Translations under genes and position numbers: made by a program
Notes under the pieces: model-generated
The model's database searches: none
Told to the model about the DNA's origin: nothing
Seen by the model: the letters and a program-made list of their open reading frames with translations, nothing else
NCBI RefSeq assembly: GCF_006345805.1
Contig: NC_043023.1
Span: 17,794,001-17,858,000 of the forward strand
DNA: 64,000 nucleotides
Direction of reading: 5' to 3'
Origin: Octopus sinensis
Taxonomy: Eukaryota
Shown here: positions 11,501 to 24,160 of the stretch, in pieces
Numbering within the stretch: position 1 is the stretch's first letter
Layout: each line of letters starts with the position of its first letter

Positions 11501-13645
11501 TATATTTTTATGCAATCTATAAATACTAGAATGTTTAATAGATATCGTAAAACATTAAGGACTAAGTACACCTCGACGTAAAACCATCCGCACTTACGAC
11601 TACAAAAAGTAAATGCATCATTCAAGATGTTTGTTGTTATCGTAAGATATATGACGAAAAAAGAAAAGAACTATTCAAAGCTCAACATGTTCCTCGAAAC
11701 ACCGTCTACCTCAATCCAAGAACGAAACTGTGAAGAATGAAAATTTCTTGTCAGTTAAACTTTTTTTCACAGAAACAAGTTTTTTGCCATTGTATATATG
11801 CGGAATTTCCTTTGTATTAACTTTTACATTAATTGTAGATTGTATTTTTCTTTAAAGTACAATAGAGTACAAATGCCTTTTTCACTTTATGCACAATAAA
11901 TATGGATGAAATATTTGTGTTTTATAGCTTTATAATCCGTTGCAATGAAAATAGTGTTGACAAATAAATCCGACATACGACCAGATTGACTTAGCGTCTG
12001 TCGTAAGTCGAGGGCAGGGTGTAATTATATACTATTCCCCTGATATTTTCCGGCAAATTTTTAACCTAATTTAAAAGTAACTTTACTTTCTCACCCATTT
12101 CATCGAATTTGGTGAGAGACACTAAATCATTCACTAAAACTCTATGTGTAACACAAAAAATATCAACATGCATTAGTGAAATAAGATAACAGCTGCTCAC
12201 ACAGCTACTGGACACAACCAAAAGGATAAACAGACCTAGATTCAGAATTGGCTTTTATCTTTCAAAGCTATTAACTGCCATATGACATATCTTCTAATTA
12301 AACATTTGATCTGACTTTCACGCGCGTAAATAATTCATGTTTTACAGTGATTTTTACAAATGATTCAAATTTGTTATAAACTCTAAACAGTTTAAGAGTA
12401 ATTTATATTTTTCGGCACTTGGAATATGGTACGAAGGAATGACTCCTTCACTAAAGTTGCACCGAGCCGTCACCACAACTTAGATAAATAAGATTATAGC
12501 TGCCTACTCACACAGAGCTGCTTGACACAAATAGCAGACTAAAACAACCCATCCACTTATTGTTCTGTCACATGACAAATCTACAGGACTAAATCTTTCA
12601 GCTGACTTTTACACGTGACTATCACAAGATTGTAATAGACGGCCGCAACAGATAACAGCTCAAAGATCCCCTTACCATACCACTTGACCATATTCAACCA
12701 ATAATTCTGTACTTGACTGATTGTGATTTGAGACGCATTCTTTCTATAAAAGTAAACGATTTCTAGGAATATTCGCGACACAGCTCCACGTTTCTCATAA
12801 ATTACACTTTTGAAAATCAAAAAATGTGAAACCAGTTAAATGTGTATACACAGAAAACTTCCCATCAGAATACGACTGTGAGGACGTTGGTTATACGTAA
12901 GCAAAATTACGTTTGTGATGGACAGGTTGAACATTCTAACGTTATATGTAACGTTTTACTTTGTTTTACTCTCTAACGTTATATATAACATTTTAATTGT
13001 GGCATCTATTTCTATTTCTTCTGTTTGCTTTGTCTCTCTTTTCTCGCCTTCCCTCTGTCGTTTTCTCCTTCCACTACTAACATTTTCCTCTGTTTGCTTC
13101 TTGTCCTTCTACATTTCACCATTCTTTGTTTCTCCTCCCACTACCACGTAACCGGTGATCCGTCGCATCTCTCTCATCCATTTCCTCTCGCCGTTGACTC
13201 CATCAAAAGTGTACAATATAATCGTTAAAGGCACAGCATTTTTATGATGTCTTAGATGATCACTTATGAGGAATTAGCTGCGAACTTTCCATTTGGCGTA
13301 TTTTTATTGTGTATGTATGAATGTATGTACGTATATATATAAATATATATAAATACTTTTTGATAGTTATATATATTTAATATTAAAAAAATTTAATAAA
13401 AATGAAAAAAATAATAATAATAAAATATATAATAAATAAATACATAAATAAAAAATAAATTAATTAATTAATAATTTTAATTTTAAATTTAAATAAATTT
13501 AAATTTTTAAATTTAATATTTTATATATTATATTAATCATTTTGATTTTTATGTTTTGGTTTATGTTTTTCATTTTTTTATTTGCCTAATAGTGGTTTTA
13601 TCTCTAATTTAATTCATGAATATATACACACACCACATATATAAT

Positions 13646-13704
<59 letters not shown>

Positions 13705-13705
<1 letters not shown>

Positions 13706-15720
13706 CTATAGGTGAATGAATTATCCTATATTATCGTCAGCATTGAAATTCGTTGAACCGATACCAGGGTAGCAAATTCGCGTCAGAAACACGGTTGAAG
13801 CGACCTGTCCAAGGGTAGAAACTCCGGACATCTGTGGAGGTCTATATCGCGACGATTGTGTGCTTTACCTCCAAAATGTCTCAAACCAAAAAATACAGAA
13901 GGTTAAATATAGGTTAGTTAGGTTTTTTTGTAGAATGGGCTTGCACATTGTTTTTGACGATGAGTTAACTAAAGGCAGCTTCTTAGACATTACCCTCAAT
14001 TTACAAAATAACTCATACTTCCCTTACCATAAACCCTCCACATATCTTAAGTATATTAGCCTGTACAGTAATCATGCCAAGCCCGTTACCGATAATTTAG
14101 TCAAAAACATATCTTTGAGACTTTCTAAATTATCTGCCAATGTTGACATCTTTAACCAAAAGGCAGGCTTTTATAACGCCGCCTTGGCAAAAGCCGGCTA
14201 TAAGGAGAAAGTGTCATACATAGATTCAGCTCATTCTAAACCAGATAGAATAGTTACTTGTAATAGGAATAGTAGTTTTAATTCTAATAGTGCCAGCAAC
14301 ACTATGCAAAGTATAAATTCTTTTCGGACCAAGGGAGGTATGCGCCGCTAAACCCCTAATTTTCAACCCAGTAATTTTCCCCTTACTTTCACAAATAACT
14401 CTACGTACAAGTCAAAGGCCACTAAGAACTGTATCTGGTTCGTAATACCTTTCGGTAAACAAATTAAATCGAACCTTCCCTTACAGTTCCGTGAAGCCAT
14501 CGCTAGGAACTTTCCCAGAAATTTTAGATAATATTCTACTATCAATTCCCACATAGTAAGAATCGCCTTCTCTAACACTAGAAATCTTTCACAAATTATA
14601 TCTTCTCACAATACCAAGCTGATAAATAGAGATTCTTCACCCGGGAGTTCCTACATAAATCTTACTAATTCCAAGCCATCATACAGTCATACTAATAGGA
14701 ATAGTATTAATAGTAATAGCAATGGTAGTAGCGACAGTGTTAACAATGATAACATTAATAATAGTATCAATCGTGTTAATAACAATGGTATTGTTGATAA
14801 TGATAACAATAACGGAGAAATTACTGATTGTATTACCATTTATAACACTAACAATAATACGAATAGTGGAGTTGCTAGCGCTAATAATAATAGTAACAAC
14901 AATCATAGCAATAAAAACTTCGTTTCGATCTCGGAGGACAACCCCAACAGAATTAAATTTTTGTCTAGTAATTCTAAGATCGAGAATTCTATTTACCAGT
15001 GTAGAATCTCCTCTGGTACCGATGTCTTCTTCTATATAGGAGCGTCCTCTTCCCAGTTATCCAAGATAATTTCAAACCATTATTCAACATTCAGGGATAG
15101 TAAAAAAACGACATAGTACAGGGCTAAGTAAATTAGTTTGGCGTCTTAAAGACAATAATATAGATTTCAAGTTAGATTGGTTCATACTGTCTGTATCCTT
15201 TCCTTTTGATAAGGGCAGGAGATTTTGTAACATTTGCAACTCGGAGCTCTTCCATATCCTCTTCTCTAAGGTTCCCCTTGTAAACACACTCATAGAGAAA
15301 TCCTATAAATGTATGCACTGGCAGAAACATACTTTTTACTCTTACAAATGATTACGATAGCCATCTTGCTTTGAACAAATAGCTTAACATACACTCCACT
15401 TCAATAGTGAAATTCTTTCCTAAGCCTTTGAACATTCTTAATCAACATACCCTTCCCTTTCCACTGGTTCCCAACCTATCATTCCTTTAACCCTTCTCTT
15501 CCTACTATCTAACTTATACGTCAAATCTTCTAACGGCTTTTTTTAAAAATCACTTCTTGTCGTTTTGTTTACCATGTAGGCAGTCATCGGAATTTCTGTT
15601 TGTCTTGTTGCCGAGAGAGGCTCCCTTTCTTTCCTGATGAGAAGATTGCATCATACACCCTTTATTCTTTTGGAATGAAACCATGTGGTCTTCGAAACAT
15701 ATGTCGAGAGTAAAGAAATT
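13705..15720 (+). mobile_element. Penelope-like element lacking the N-terminal half of RT, with GIY-YIG nuclease and 3' hammerhead (copy A)
   Basis: GGLYRDD..FLDITLNL..FPYHKP..YISLYSNH, then SIYQC..YIG..LSKLVWRLKD..FCNICNSE; in-frame stop at 14349-14351. Confidence 0.85.
15629..15710 (+). ncRNA. Minimal type I hammerhead ribozyme in the PLE 3' repeat
   Basis: CTTTC CTGATGA GAAG-(long loop)-CTTC GAAA CATATG TC GAGAG: canonical core, palindromic ACATATGT helix III, GUC triplet. Confidence 0.7.
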
Positions 15721-16321
15721 TTGTTAACATCTTCGTTCGACTCCATTCTTTCATTTATATATATATCATCTATAGTACATGTATACGAAAGAGAAGCACC
15801 ATTAATTTCGCACCTACAAAGCGATTAGCAGCAATGTCACCTCGTCAGTGTCAAATGGCTGAAGACGCATAACCTCTCTGGAAACTGGAGGAAGAAATAC
15901 GCAACGGTTACTTGGTTTTGTAAAGAAGAAATAAATTATCGATGCTGCGGGCAGGACTGGATTAGCATGATGGTGTTGTCTCCATACATCGGCTTTGCTC
16001 TTGACGATATTCGAAACTGGGTAGACAATTCAACGAATGGAGAATTCCAAGTTTGAAGTAGGAAATGTCTTAGATGAGGGCATTGACTAAATATTTCTTT
16101 CTGGATCTTTTTTCCTACTTCAATTTGGGAACATTGGGTTAAAAACCAATTTTCGATACAATAAAATTCTAACGTTTATCGTGGGACACCAACCCAGTTC
16201 TGTAGACATAAAACACAACCTACCATTTCGCCTTCGTCTATTAAAGTTTCAATATTCCAAACAAAATATATGTTGACGCAAGTAAGGCTGTGTGGGTTAA
16301 GGATTTTGTAACATGTTATTA

Positions 16322-16421
16322 NNNNNNNNNNNNNNNNNNNNNNNNNNNNNNNNNNNNNNNNNNNNNNNNNNNNNNNNNNNNNNNNNNNNNNNNNNNNNNN
16401 NNNNNNNNNNNNNNNNNNNNN
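16322..16421. other. Assembly gap of 100 N
   Basis: Run of N between duplicated copies A and B. Confidence 1.
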
Positions 16422-16774
16422 GTGATTTATGCTTTTGTAGAATGAACTCCTTTATAAAATCTGTGAATGTCATTAAAATTTTCTGACAACTGATGTTGCT
16501 GTGTTTACCTCGCCATAACCTAGCGGTTGGGAAAAGACACTGATAATACTGGAAACTAGCAGGCTTGTGGGGTCATCAGGAGAAACTACACACACACACG
16601 CACAGACACACATATATATATATACACACATACTTATATATATGTGTATATATATATAATATATATATATTATATATATATATATATATATAATATATAT
16701 ATATATATACACATACATATCTATATATCTATCTATCTATATATATTATAATATATATAATATATATATATATA

Positions 16775-19700
16775 ATCCTCCCACGTAAATTCCAGTTCAA
16801 AGCTATTACAGAAGAACCTGAAACACAAAGACACCTCAGGGAGAGAATGGCACTGGAAAAAATGAAAATGGAAATAGAACTTCTGAAATTGAGGGCCCAA
16901 ACGAATGAGGATAAAATAAAATCCACCGATGAAGATATCAACGAAGAAATTCGCAAAATGACCCAAGGCCCAGATCAAGAGAAGTTCTCCAAACTATGGA
17001 AAGAGGACTGTGAAAAAGAAGAACTAAAATCTCTCCAACGCTGGGAGAAAAGCGCCACTTGGTTCTCAGACTATGAAGCCGTCTTTCAAACAGAGCACGC
17101 CTCCAACAACCCTTTCCAGAAAATAAGAAAACCAAAACAACACCCAAACACCGATACACACCTGTCTAAAAATCGGAACCTTCACTACTATCAAAAAAAG
17201 AATACAGGACCTAACCCTAACTCTGTAAGCAGCCAGCGATACAATATCAGGAATACCCCCACTTCAAGCAGAGAAAGGATAAATCAACACCCACAGCATA
17301 GACAGTGCAACCTCATCCCCACCCAAAGGAGTTACCAACGAAATCTTCGTCCCATTAACCGGTTAAACAACCATGCACAACAAACCCACACCACTTGCAA
17401 TGATTACCAACGAAGGCCCCTAGAACACCACACCCGAATATGGGATATCGGGATGCTCTCCTCAATACTGCTCCAAGAACACACACCATAAATCACAACA
17501 GGAGACCCCTAATCAACAAAGAACAACTATATACTAGCTACCGTCCCAACCACCGATTCCTTTTTTAGACCCATACGCAAACACAGAGACACAAGATAGC
17601 ACCAAACAAGCAGGAGGAACCAAAAGTAATAAAAATTATTAATCTAACTCACAAGGAACTAACAGCAAACCAAATAAACATACTTTCCAAAGGACTCAAG
17701 TTTACACCCCCCCACAACACCCCAACTACAATGAAATGAAAGAAGACATCGCAGAATTCTGCAGAAAATTAAGACTTACTGAGGAGCTATACGATAAATA
17801 CAACGAGGACGAATCGTTAGCCAGAAATAGGAGTAACTACACCCCCTCGAAAGGTAAGAATAAAACACTTGATGATTTCTGTGACCACATATCAAATTAC
17901 CCATATCAACATATGCACAAACAAAAACACAAACCAAACTTCAGCAAAAAGAATGGGCTGAGTTGAACAAATTAAAACTAGATAAAACAATAACAATCAA
18001 AGAGGCCGATAAAGGGAGTGCTGTTGTCTTAATGGATACGACATTTTCATAACTTTGGTACTTTCTATGCTGGAAGACACAATATACTATGAAAAGGCAC
18101 AAAACTACAGTCAACAAAAAATAATGAGGGAACTAAAATCCATATTAAACCCATACAAAGCAGGGCTAACCGACAAAGAATATGATTAGATGACCAATTT
18201 CACAAGTAAAACTAGCCAATTCTACGGTATACCTAAGATCCACAAAGTGAAAAAATAAGCAACGCATGCAAGATAGCTACAGACAAAATAATTAAAGTCC
18301 CTAATCCTAATGACCTCAAATTGAGATCCATAATAGCAGGTCCCGCATGCGAAACCCACCGCCTCAGTAACTTTTTAGACACCCTGTTAAAACCACTCCT
18401 CAAACATGTCAAAAGCTATATAAGGGACGACTTAGATATGCTCAATCACCTACCGAATACTATAAACAAAAACACCATACTGGTATCCTTCGATGTAGTC
18501 AACCTCTACTCCAATATCCCCCACAACCTAGGACTAGAGGCAATCCAATTCTGGCTAGAGAATCACGCCAACGAACTACCACACCGCATCAAAAAAGAAT
18601 TTGTGATAGAAGGGGTTAAATTCATCCTGGAAAATAACTTCTTCGCCTTCAATGACAACTTCTACCGACAAAAATCGGGGACTGCGATGGGTACACGAAT
18701 GGCCCCCTCCTTTGCCAACCTAGTCATAGGATACCTAGAGATCAGTCTGTATCGTAATGTTCTAGAAAGATATGGCAGCCCTTTCTCCATCTACATAGAA
18801 AACAACTGGAAGAGATATCTAGATGACTGTTTCATCCTTTGGCATAAAAATATAGAAAAACTCATAGAATTCCAGAAAATTTTAAACGGACTGGACGTAA
18901 ACATCCAATTCACGATGGAATATAGCCAACAACAACTCCCCTTCCTCGATATCCTCATTAAGAAAGCTAATAATATAATAGAAACAGACATATACTATAA
19001 GCCTACAGACTCTAAGCAATATCTTCCATTCAATTCATGCCACCCCAGACACACCAGGATGAATATCCCCTTCAATCTAGCAAAAAGGATATGCACTATA
19101 GTCTCTAACGCAAACACCAGAGACACACGACTACAAGAACTAAAAGATACCCTAATCACCAGGAACTATCCACCTTCACTTATTGACAAATGCATTCAAC
19201 GTGCCCTTCAACTTAACATCAAGGAACTGAGACATCCCAAATCAAAGAAAAACTTACAACCAAAAGCCTTACCATACATCTCCACACACAACCCTCTCAA
19301 TAACGAAGCCTTCGACACCATCCTCCACAACATACCCCTCCTAAAAAAAGACCACAGAATGAACACAATCCTCCAAACACACACGATCATAAAAAGCAAA
19401 AGACAGCCTAGATCCATGAAAAGTCTCCTTACACAAGCCCGAATTCACTCTTCAACACAGAAGCCGACAGTAAAAAAATGTGGAAGACCCAATTGCGGGA
19501 TATGCGACTATCTAATCGAGGGTTCTGAGTTCTCCTTCAAACAGGGACAACGTTTTAGTGAAAAGCAACTTCACATGTGCTTCGGAGAACCTAATATACT
19601 CACTAACCTGCTCCGGGTGTCAAGAGCAGTACATAGGCCAAACAAAAATGGTTTGCGTAAACGAATGGCCCTGCACAGATCCCAGATAAAAATTCCCCAA

Positions 19701-20660
19701 AACAGAAAAATAGCTTTTAGCCAACACATAGATACTTGCGCCAACAAAAAAACACCAAACTTCAGAATTTTCCCCCTCTACCAATTTAGGGACGATACAA
19801 CCTCGAGACAACGAATAAGTAAAGAAAATCTCTTTATTACAAAATACAAGCCACTTCTTAACGGGTCTACGACAAACAATTAATATACCTCAACTTTAGA
19901 ATAAAAGAAAAAATATATATACACACACAAATACTACACTCCATAGAATCCATTACTAATCAGCCCCTTCATAGCTATATTTACACCCATTCATATTCTC
20001 CCTTCTCTGTTTTTTTCTTCTTCTTCTTCTTCCTCTTCTTCTTCATCATCATCGTTATCATCATCATCGGCATCATCATCATCGCCACCATCATCACCAC
20101 CATCTTCTCCTTCTCCTCCTTCTTCTTCTTCTTCTTCATCATCATCGTTATCATCATCATCGTCGTCATAATCATCACCACCATCACCATCATCGTCATC
20201 TTCTCCTTCTCCTTCTCCTTCTTCTTCTTCTTCTCTTCTTCTCCACCCCCTACCCCTTAAGTTTGTCACTAATGTTTTTTAGTATAACACCTACGCTAAT
20301 TCTATAAACAAGCCTGTCAATAAAATATTCTCCTGAATTGAACTGAGACTGCCAGCCGCCACTGACCATTCAAAATACGACCATCAGGGCACTCCCAGAT
20401 TCTCCCACCCCCCTTTCCTCACCAGCCTTCCCTCTACTACCCTACCAAGAACTCACAACTACCTCGAACACACAAGTGCAAACAAGGGAGTCAGAGAAAG
20501 GCAGAATGCCACTTAAATCTGAACACTACTATATAAATATTCTTTTAAAAAAACTTTTCTTCTAATTTTTCTAAATTTAATTATTTAATCGTTACAGTTG
20601 AAAAGGTCTCAAAATGACCGAAACCGGTACTGAAATGTTCACTATAAAATTATTTTAGCA
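16775..20660 (+). mobile_element. Near-full-length Penelope/Poseidon-type retroelement (RT plus GIY-YIG) with frameshifts
   Basis: ORF 18321-19883: LRSIIAGP..FDVVNLYSNIP..GTAMGTRMAPSFANL..WKRYLDDCF..LPFLDI..SCHP..CGRPNCGIC; frameshifted LIY..YIG near 19590-19640; upstream N-terminal ORFs; hammerhead-like motif at the 3' end. Confidence 0.92.
20595..20632 (+). ncRNA. Minimal hammerhead ribozyme-like motif, U3-A8 variant, at the PLE 3' end
   Basis: CAG TTGAAAA GGTC-tcaaaat-GACC GAAA CCGGTA CTG: helices I and II pair perfectly, palindromic ACCGGT, GUA triplet. Confidence 0.6.
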
Positions 20661-20686
20661 TTTTCTATTTTTTACTTGTTTTTTCA

Positions 20687-20722
<36 letters not shown>

Positions 20723-20894
20723 CATATATATACTTGGCGGTTGGCGAAATACCGACAGAATACGTACAAAGAGTTGATTTATTTGACTAAAGGTGATGCT
20801 CCACCTTGGCCGCAATCACATTACTGAAATCCATTTTAATCCCGGTTATCTCTGCTAATATCTCTCCTAATATGTGTGTGTGTGTGTGTATTCA

Positions 20895-21605
20895 ATGAAA
20901 CTTTCACTGATATTCAAAAGCAGAAATGTTATAATTTCTAAATCTCTCTAAAGTAGAGATACAACAGCAGTACTGGGTATTAATATTTATTGACAAACAA
21001 ACGTGGTAGTCTAGAGAAGTAGGACGAATGCTGCTGTTGATGAGCTCCGAGACGGGATCGCATCTAACTAGCTACATGACGCGCGAATCTGCGTGCATAA
21101 ACCTTCGAAGAGGGGAAGTCATCGATTTCCCTCTGCTGGTTTCACACTCACTGACCGGTTTCGGGGTAATTACTCTTTATCAATGTGGAGCAGCAGGGTT
21201 CAGTAGGGGTCACTTTTAACCTCTGTTTGAAGATTCTATTCAGTGAAACACATTCCCCGACTTTCAGAAATAGAAACGTTATTATTTCAAAATCTCAGCA
21301 GTAAGAGGTATTAATAGATATTGCCAAACTAACTTGGCAGTCCAGAGAAATAGAACGAATGCTGAACAGAGGTCAACAGCGACCTCTGCTGGCCTCGGCT
21401 GCTCCACATTGATAAGGAGCAACTACCCCGAAACCGGTCTGTTGATGCCAAGCCAGCAAGGGGAAGCTGATAACCTATCCCGTTCGAAGGTTTATGGACG
21501 CAGGCTTGTGCATTATATAGCTAGCTAGAGGCTATCTGAGCTAATCAACAGCAGAATTGGTCCTATATCTATGGACTACCTCTTAGTTTGGCAATAAATA
21601 AGTAT
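20895..21605. mobile_element. Two head-to-head copies of the hammerhead-bearing foldback repeat (copy B, complete)
   Basis: Hammerhead-like cores at 21150-21186 (minus, degenerate) and 21406-21442 (plus); terminal segment occurs direct at 20900-21030 and 21262-21365 and inverted at 21545-21600. Confidence 0.65.
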
Positions 21606-21659
21606 CAGTTGAACGCTGCCGTCGATGTAATCGACTAATTCCCTCCTCACAAAACGATG

Positions 21660-21723
<64 letters not shown>

Positions 21724-21728
21724 GTATG

Positions 21729-21759
<31 letters not shown>

Positions 21760-21924
21760 GTGTGTGTGTGTTGTGTGTGTGTATGTATGTATGTATGTAT
21801 GTATATATATATATATATATGTATGTATGTTATTTTGGTTGTCGTTTTCATAAATAGTCAACATTTTAATGTCCTAAAGTTGATGAACCAACTAATGTGC
21901 TTTTCCATTTTCTTATTTGCAATG

Positions 21925-21972
<48 letters not shown>

Positions 21973-23035
21973 TGGAGGTCAGTTGAGAAACAAGTGCTTG
22001 TGGCCTGGTTTCGTGGGTTGGCGCCAGGCAGACGGATAAAGCCTTTGTCCTGTCGGTTTCTAGAGAGATTAATGGGTTTGGAAGAGATATCTGACCCTTT
22101 TCCGGTCAAGGAAAGTTTAAGAAACCACCCTGTAATATTCGACGAGCTGGGTTTGTTAGTCAGTTGGCATCGGGATCAGTTTGGGAACAGGTCAGTTCTG
22201 GCTGAGACAGTGAGATGGCAACAGGGCCTTTTGGCAGTTCTGCCTGAGACAGCAAAAGGGCCGGAAGAGACAGTCAGTTGGCAAGGGATAGCAGTCGATG
22301 CGAGGGTGGTGATGGCGAGAGGCAACGACAACGTTGAGAAAGACATACACAGAGGATTGAGGAGGTGAGGGAGATTGCGGCGTGAAGGCATGGATTGCTG
22401 TATAGTAGGAGTTTGTAACTAGAAAATGTAACGGTATGTTTTGTTTATATTTTAATGTGAAATGTAAAAGAAACGAGATTGTGACGTAAGCTGCAATCTG
22501 TTGTAAAGAACTAAAAAGAATTGTGACAAAAAAGAGAAGGAAAAGAGGAAGAAAAGAAATGAGATTATAAAGAACATTGTGAATTATGTTAAAGGGAAAA
22601 AGAAAGAAAGAGAAAGACTTTAATGTTGAAATTTTTCGAACTATATTGCATCAATTTGAACTGTTTTGATTGTCTGCGGACTTGGTGTATCGTGCATGCC
22701 TTTGATTGTTTTCGAACGACGTGTTATATTTAAATGCATTGGTTGTCTTTCATTTTAATTCTGTTGCATGTTATTTTCTTTAATGTATCTGCTATGTATC
22801 ACATTTTATTTGATGTCGTATAAACTGTTCTTAAATGTAAGCAAATTGCCTTCCACCGTGTCTCTCTTCCCCCTGTTGTTGTTGTTGTTATCTCCGGTCG
22901 CCGGTTCCAGTTCGCTGCCATCTCCCACCACCGTTTCCTCTCTGTGTGGCGGATTCCCGTTTGACTGAGCTGGTCAATCGTCGTCGCTCGACTTAGTAGG
23001 GTCTCGGGTTCGAGTTTGAGAGACGGCAGGTACGT

Positions 23036-23072
<37 letters not shown>

Positions 23073-23145
23073 TATATATATGTATATATATATATATATG
23101 TGTGTGTTTATATATATGTATTATATATATATATATATATGTATG

Positions 23146-23176
<31 letters not shown>

Positions 23177-23178
23177 AT

Positions 23179-23215
<37 letters not shown>

Positions 23216-23990
23216 GACATGTGTACCTGTGTGTGTTATACTCTCTTATTCTTCATTCCTTTACTTGTTTCAGTCATTTGACTGCGACCATGCTAAAGTA
23301 CCGCCTTTAGTCGAACAAATGGACCCCATATCTTATTCTTTGTAAGCCTAGTACTTATTCGGTCGTTTACATTGCCGAACCGCCAGGTTACGGGGACGTA
23401 AACACACCAGCATCGGCTATTAAGCGACGGTGAGTGGGACAAGCCCAGATAGACAAACACACACACACACACACACACACTCATATATATATATACACGA
23501 TGGGTTTCTTTCAGTTTCCCTCTACCAAATCTACTCACAAGGCCTTAGTCGGACGGTGTCATGCAGTGGTACTAAAGCCGGAACCATTTGGTTGGAAAGC
23601 AAGCTTCTTACCACAAAGCCACTCTGTGTACGTGTGTATATTGTGTGGGGGTATGTATGTGTACATGTATATATTTACATACAGTCTCTCCTGATATTAT
23701 GAGCAGGAGAGAATATCCCGAGTTCTCTTTATGGCAATAAGGCACATGACCTGAAATAGTGTGTGGAGAGATTTAGTTTATTACATCGACCACAGTGTTC
23801 AATTGATACTTATTTTATCGACCCCGAGTGGGTTAAAAGCAAAATCGTTCTGGACGGAGTTTGAAATAAGACTGTAACGTTGCACGAAATGTTGCTGGGC
23901 GTTTTGTCCGGCGGGCCAAAGATTGTGGTAACTCGTCGACCTTGTCAGAGGTAATAACATAACAACAGAAGCAAGGAAGATTTTACTAAC

Positions 23991-24160
23991 TTTGACATTG
24001 CGAGTATTCCATTATAGGTATAATTTTGCTTTGGGTATTGCCTGGATCTGTCTGACACTTGCCCTGGACCTCCACAATTCTGTTGAATGTTGATTTAGTA
24101 TAATTTACCAAGGCTGGCAGGTGACATCCACACATCATATCTTTATTGTTACTGAGGTAG
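23991..24160 (-). CDS. LRRCT exon, copy B
   Basis: Same splice sites as copy A; YLSNNKDMMCGCHLPALVNYTKSTFNRIVEVQGKCQTDPGNTQSKIIPIMEYSQCQ. Confidence 0.85.

Larger units (their letters stand above)
6878..16321. repeat. Copy A of a ~9.4-kb direct duplication, ending at the assembly gap
   Basis: Collinear with 16422-30043, about 96% identical in the stretches compared by eye; lacks the 16770-21055 block. Confidence 0.95.

Noticed and set aside
10826-11727. Candidate start exon (MMHLLFVV, donor at 11597) and 24-nt microexon 10826-10849 as a signal peptide for a stand-alone Ly6 gene
   Set aside because: Their phases do not join the downstream exons, and the LRR-cap-LU chain already gives a complete in-frame path; cryptic use cannot be excluded.
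13365-13580. AT-only quasi-palindrome
   Set aside because: Arm matching is no better than expected from base composition.
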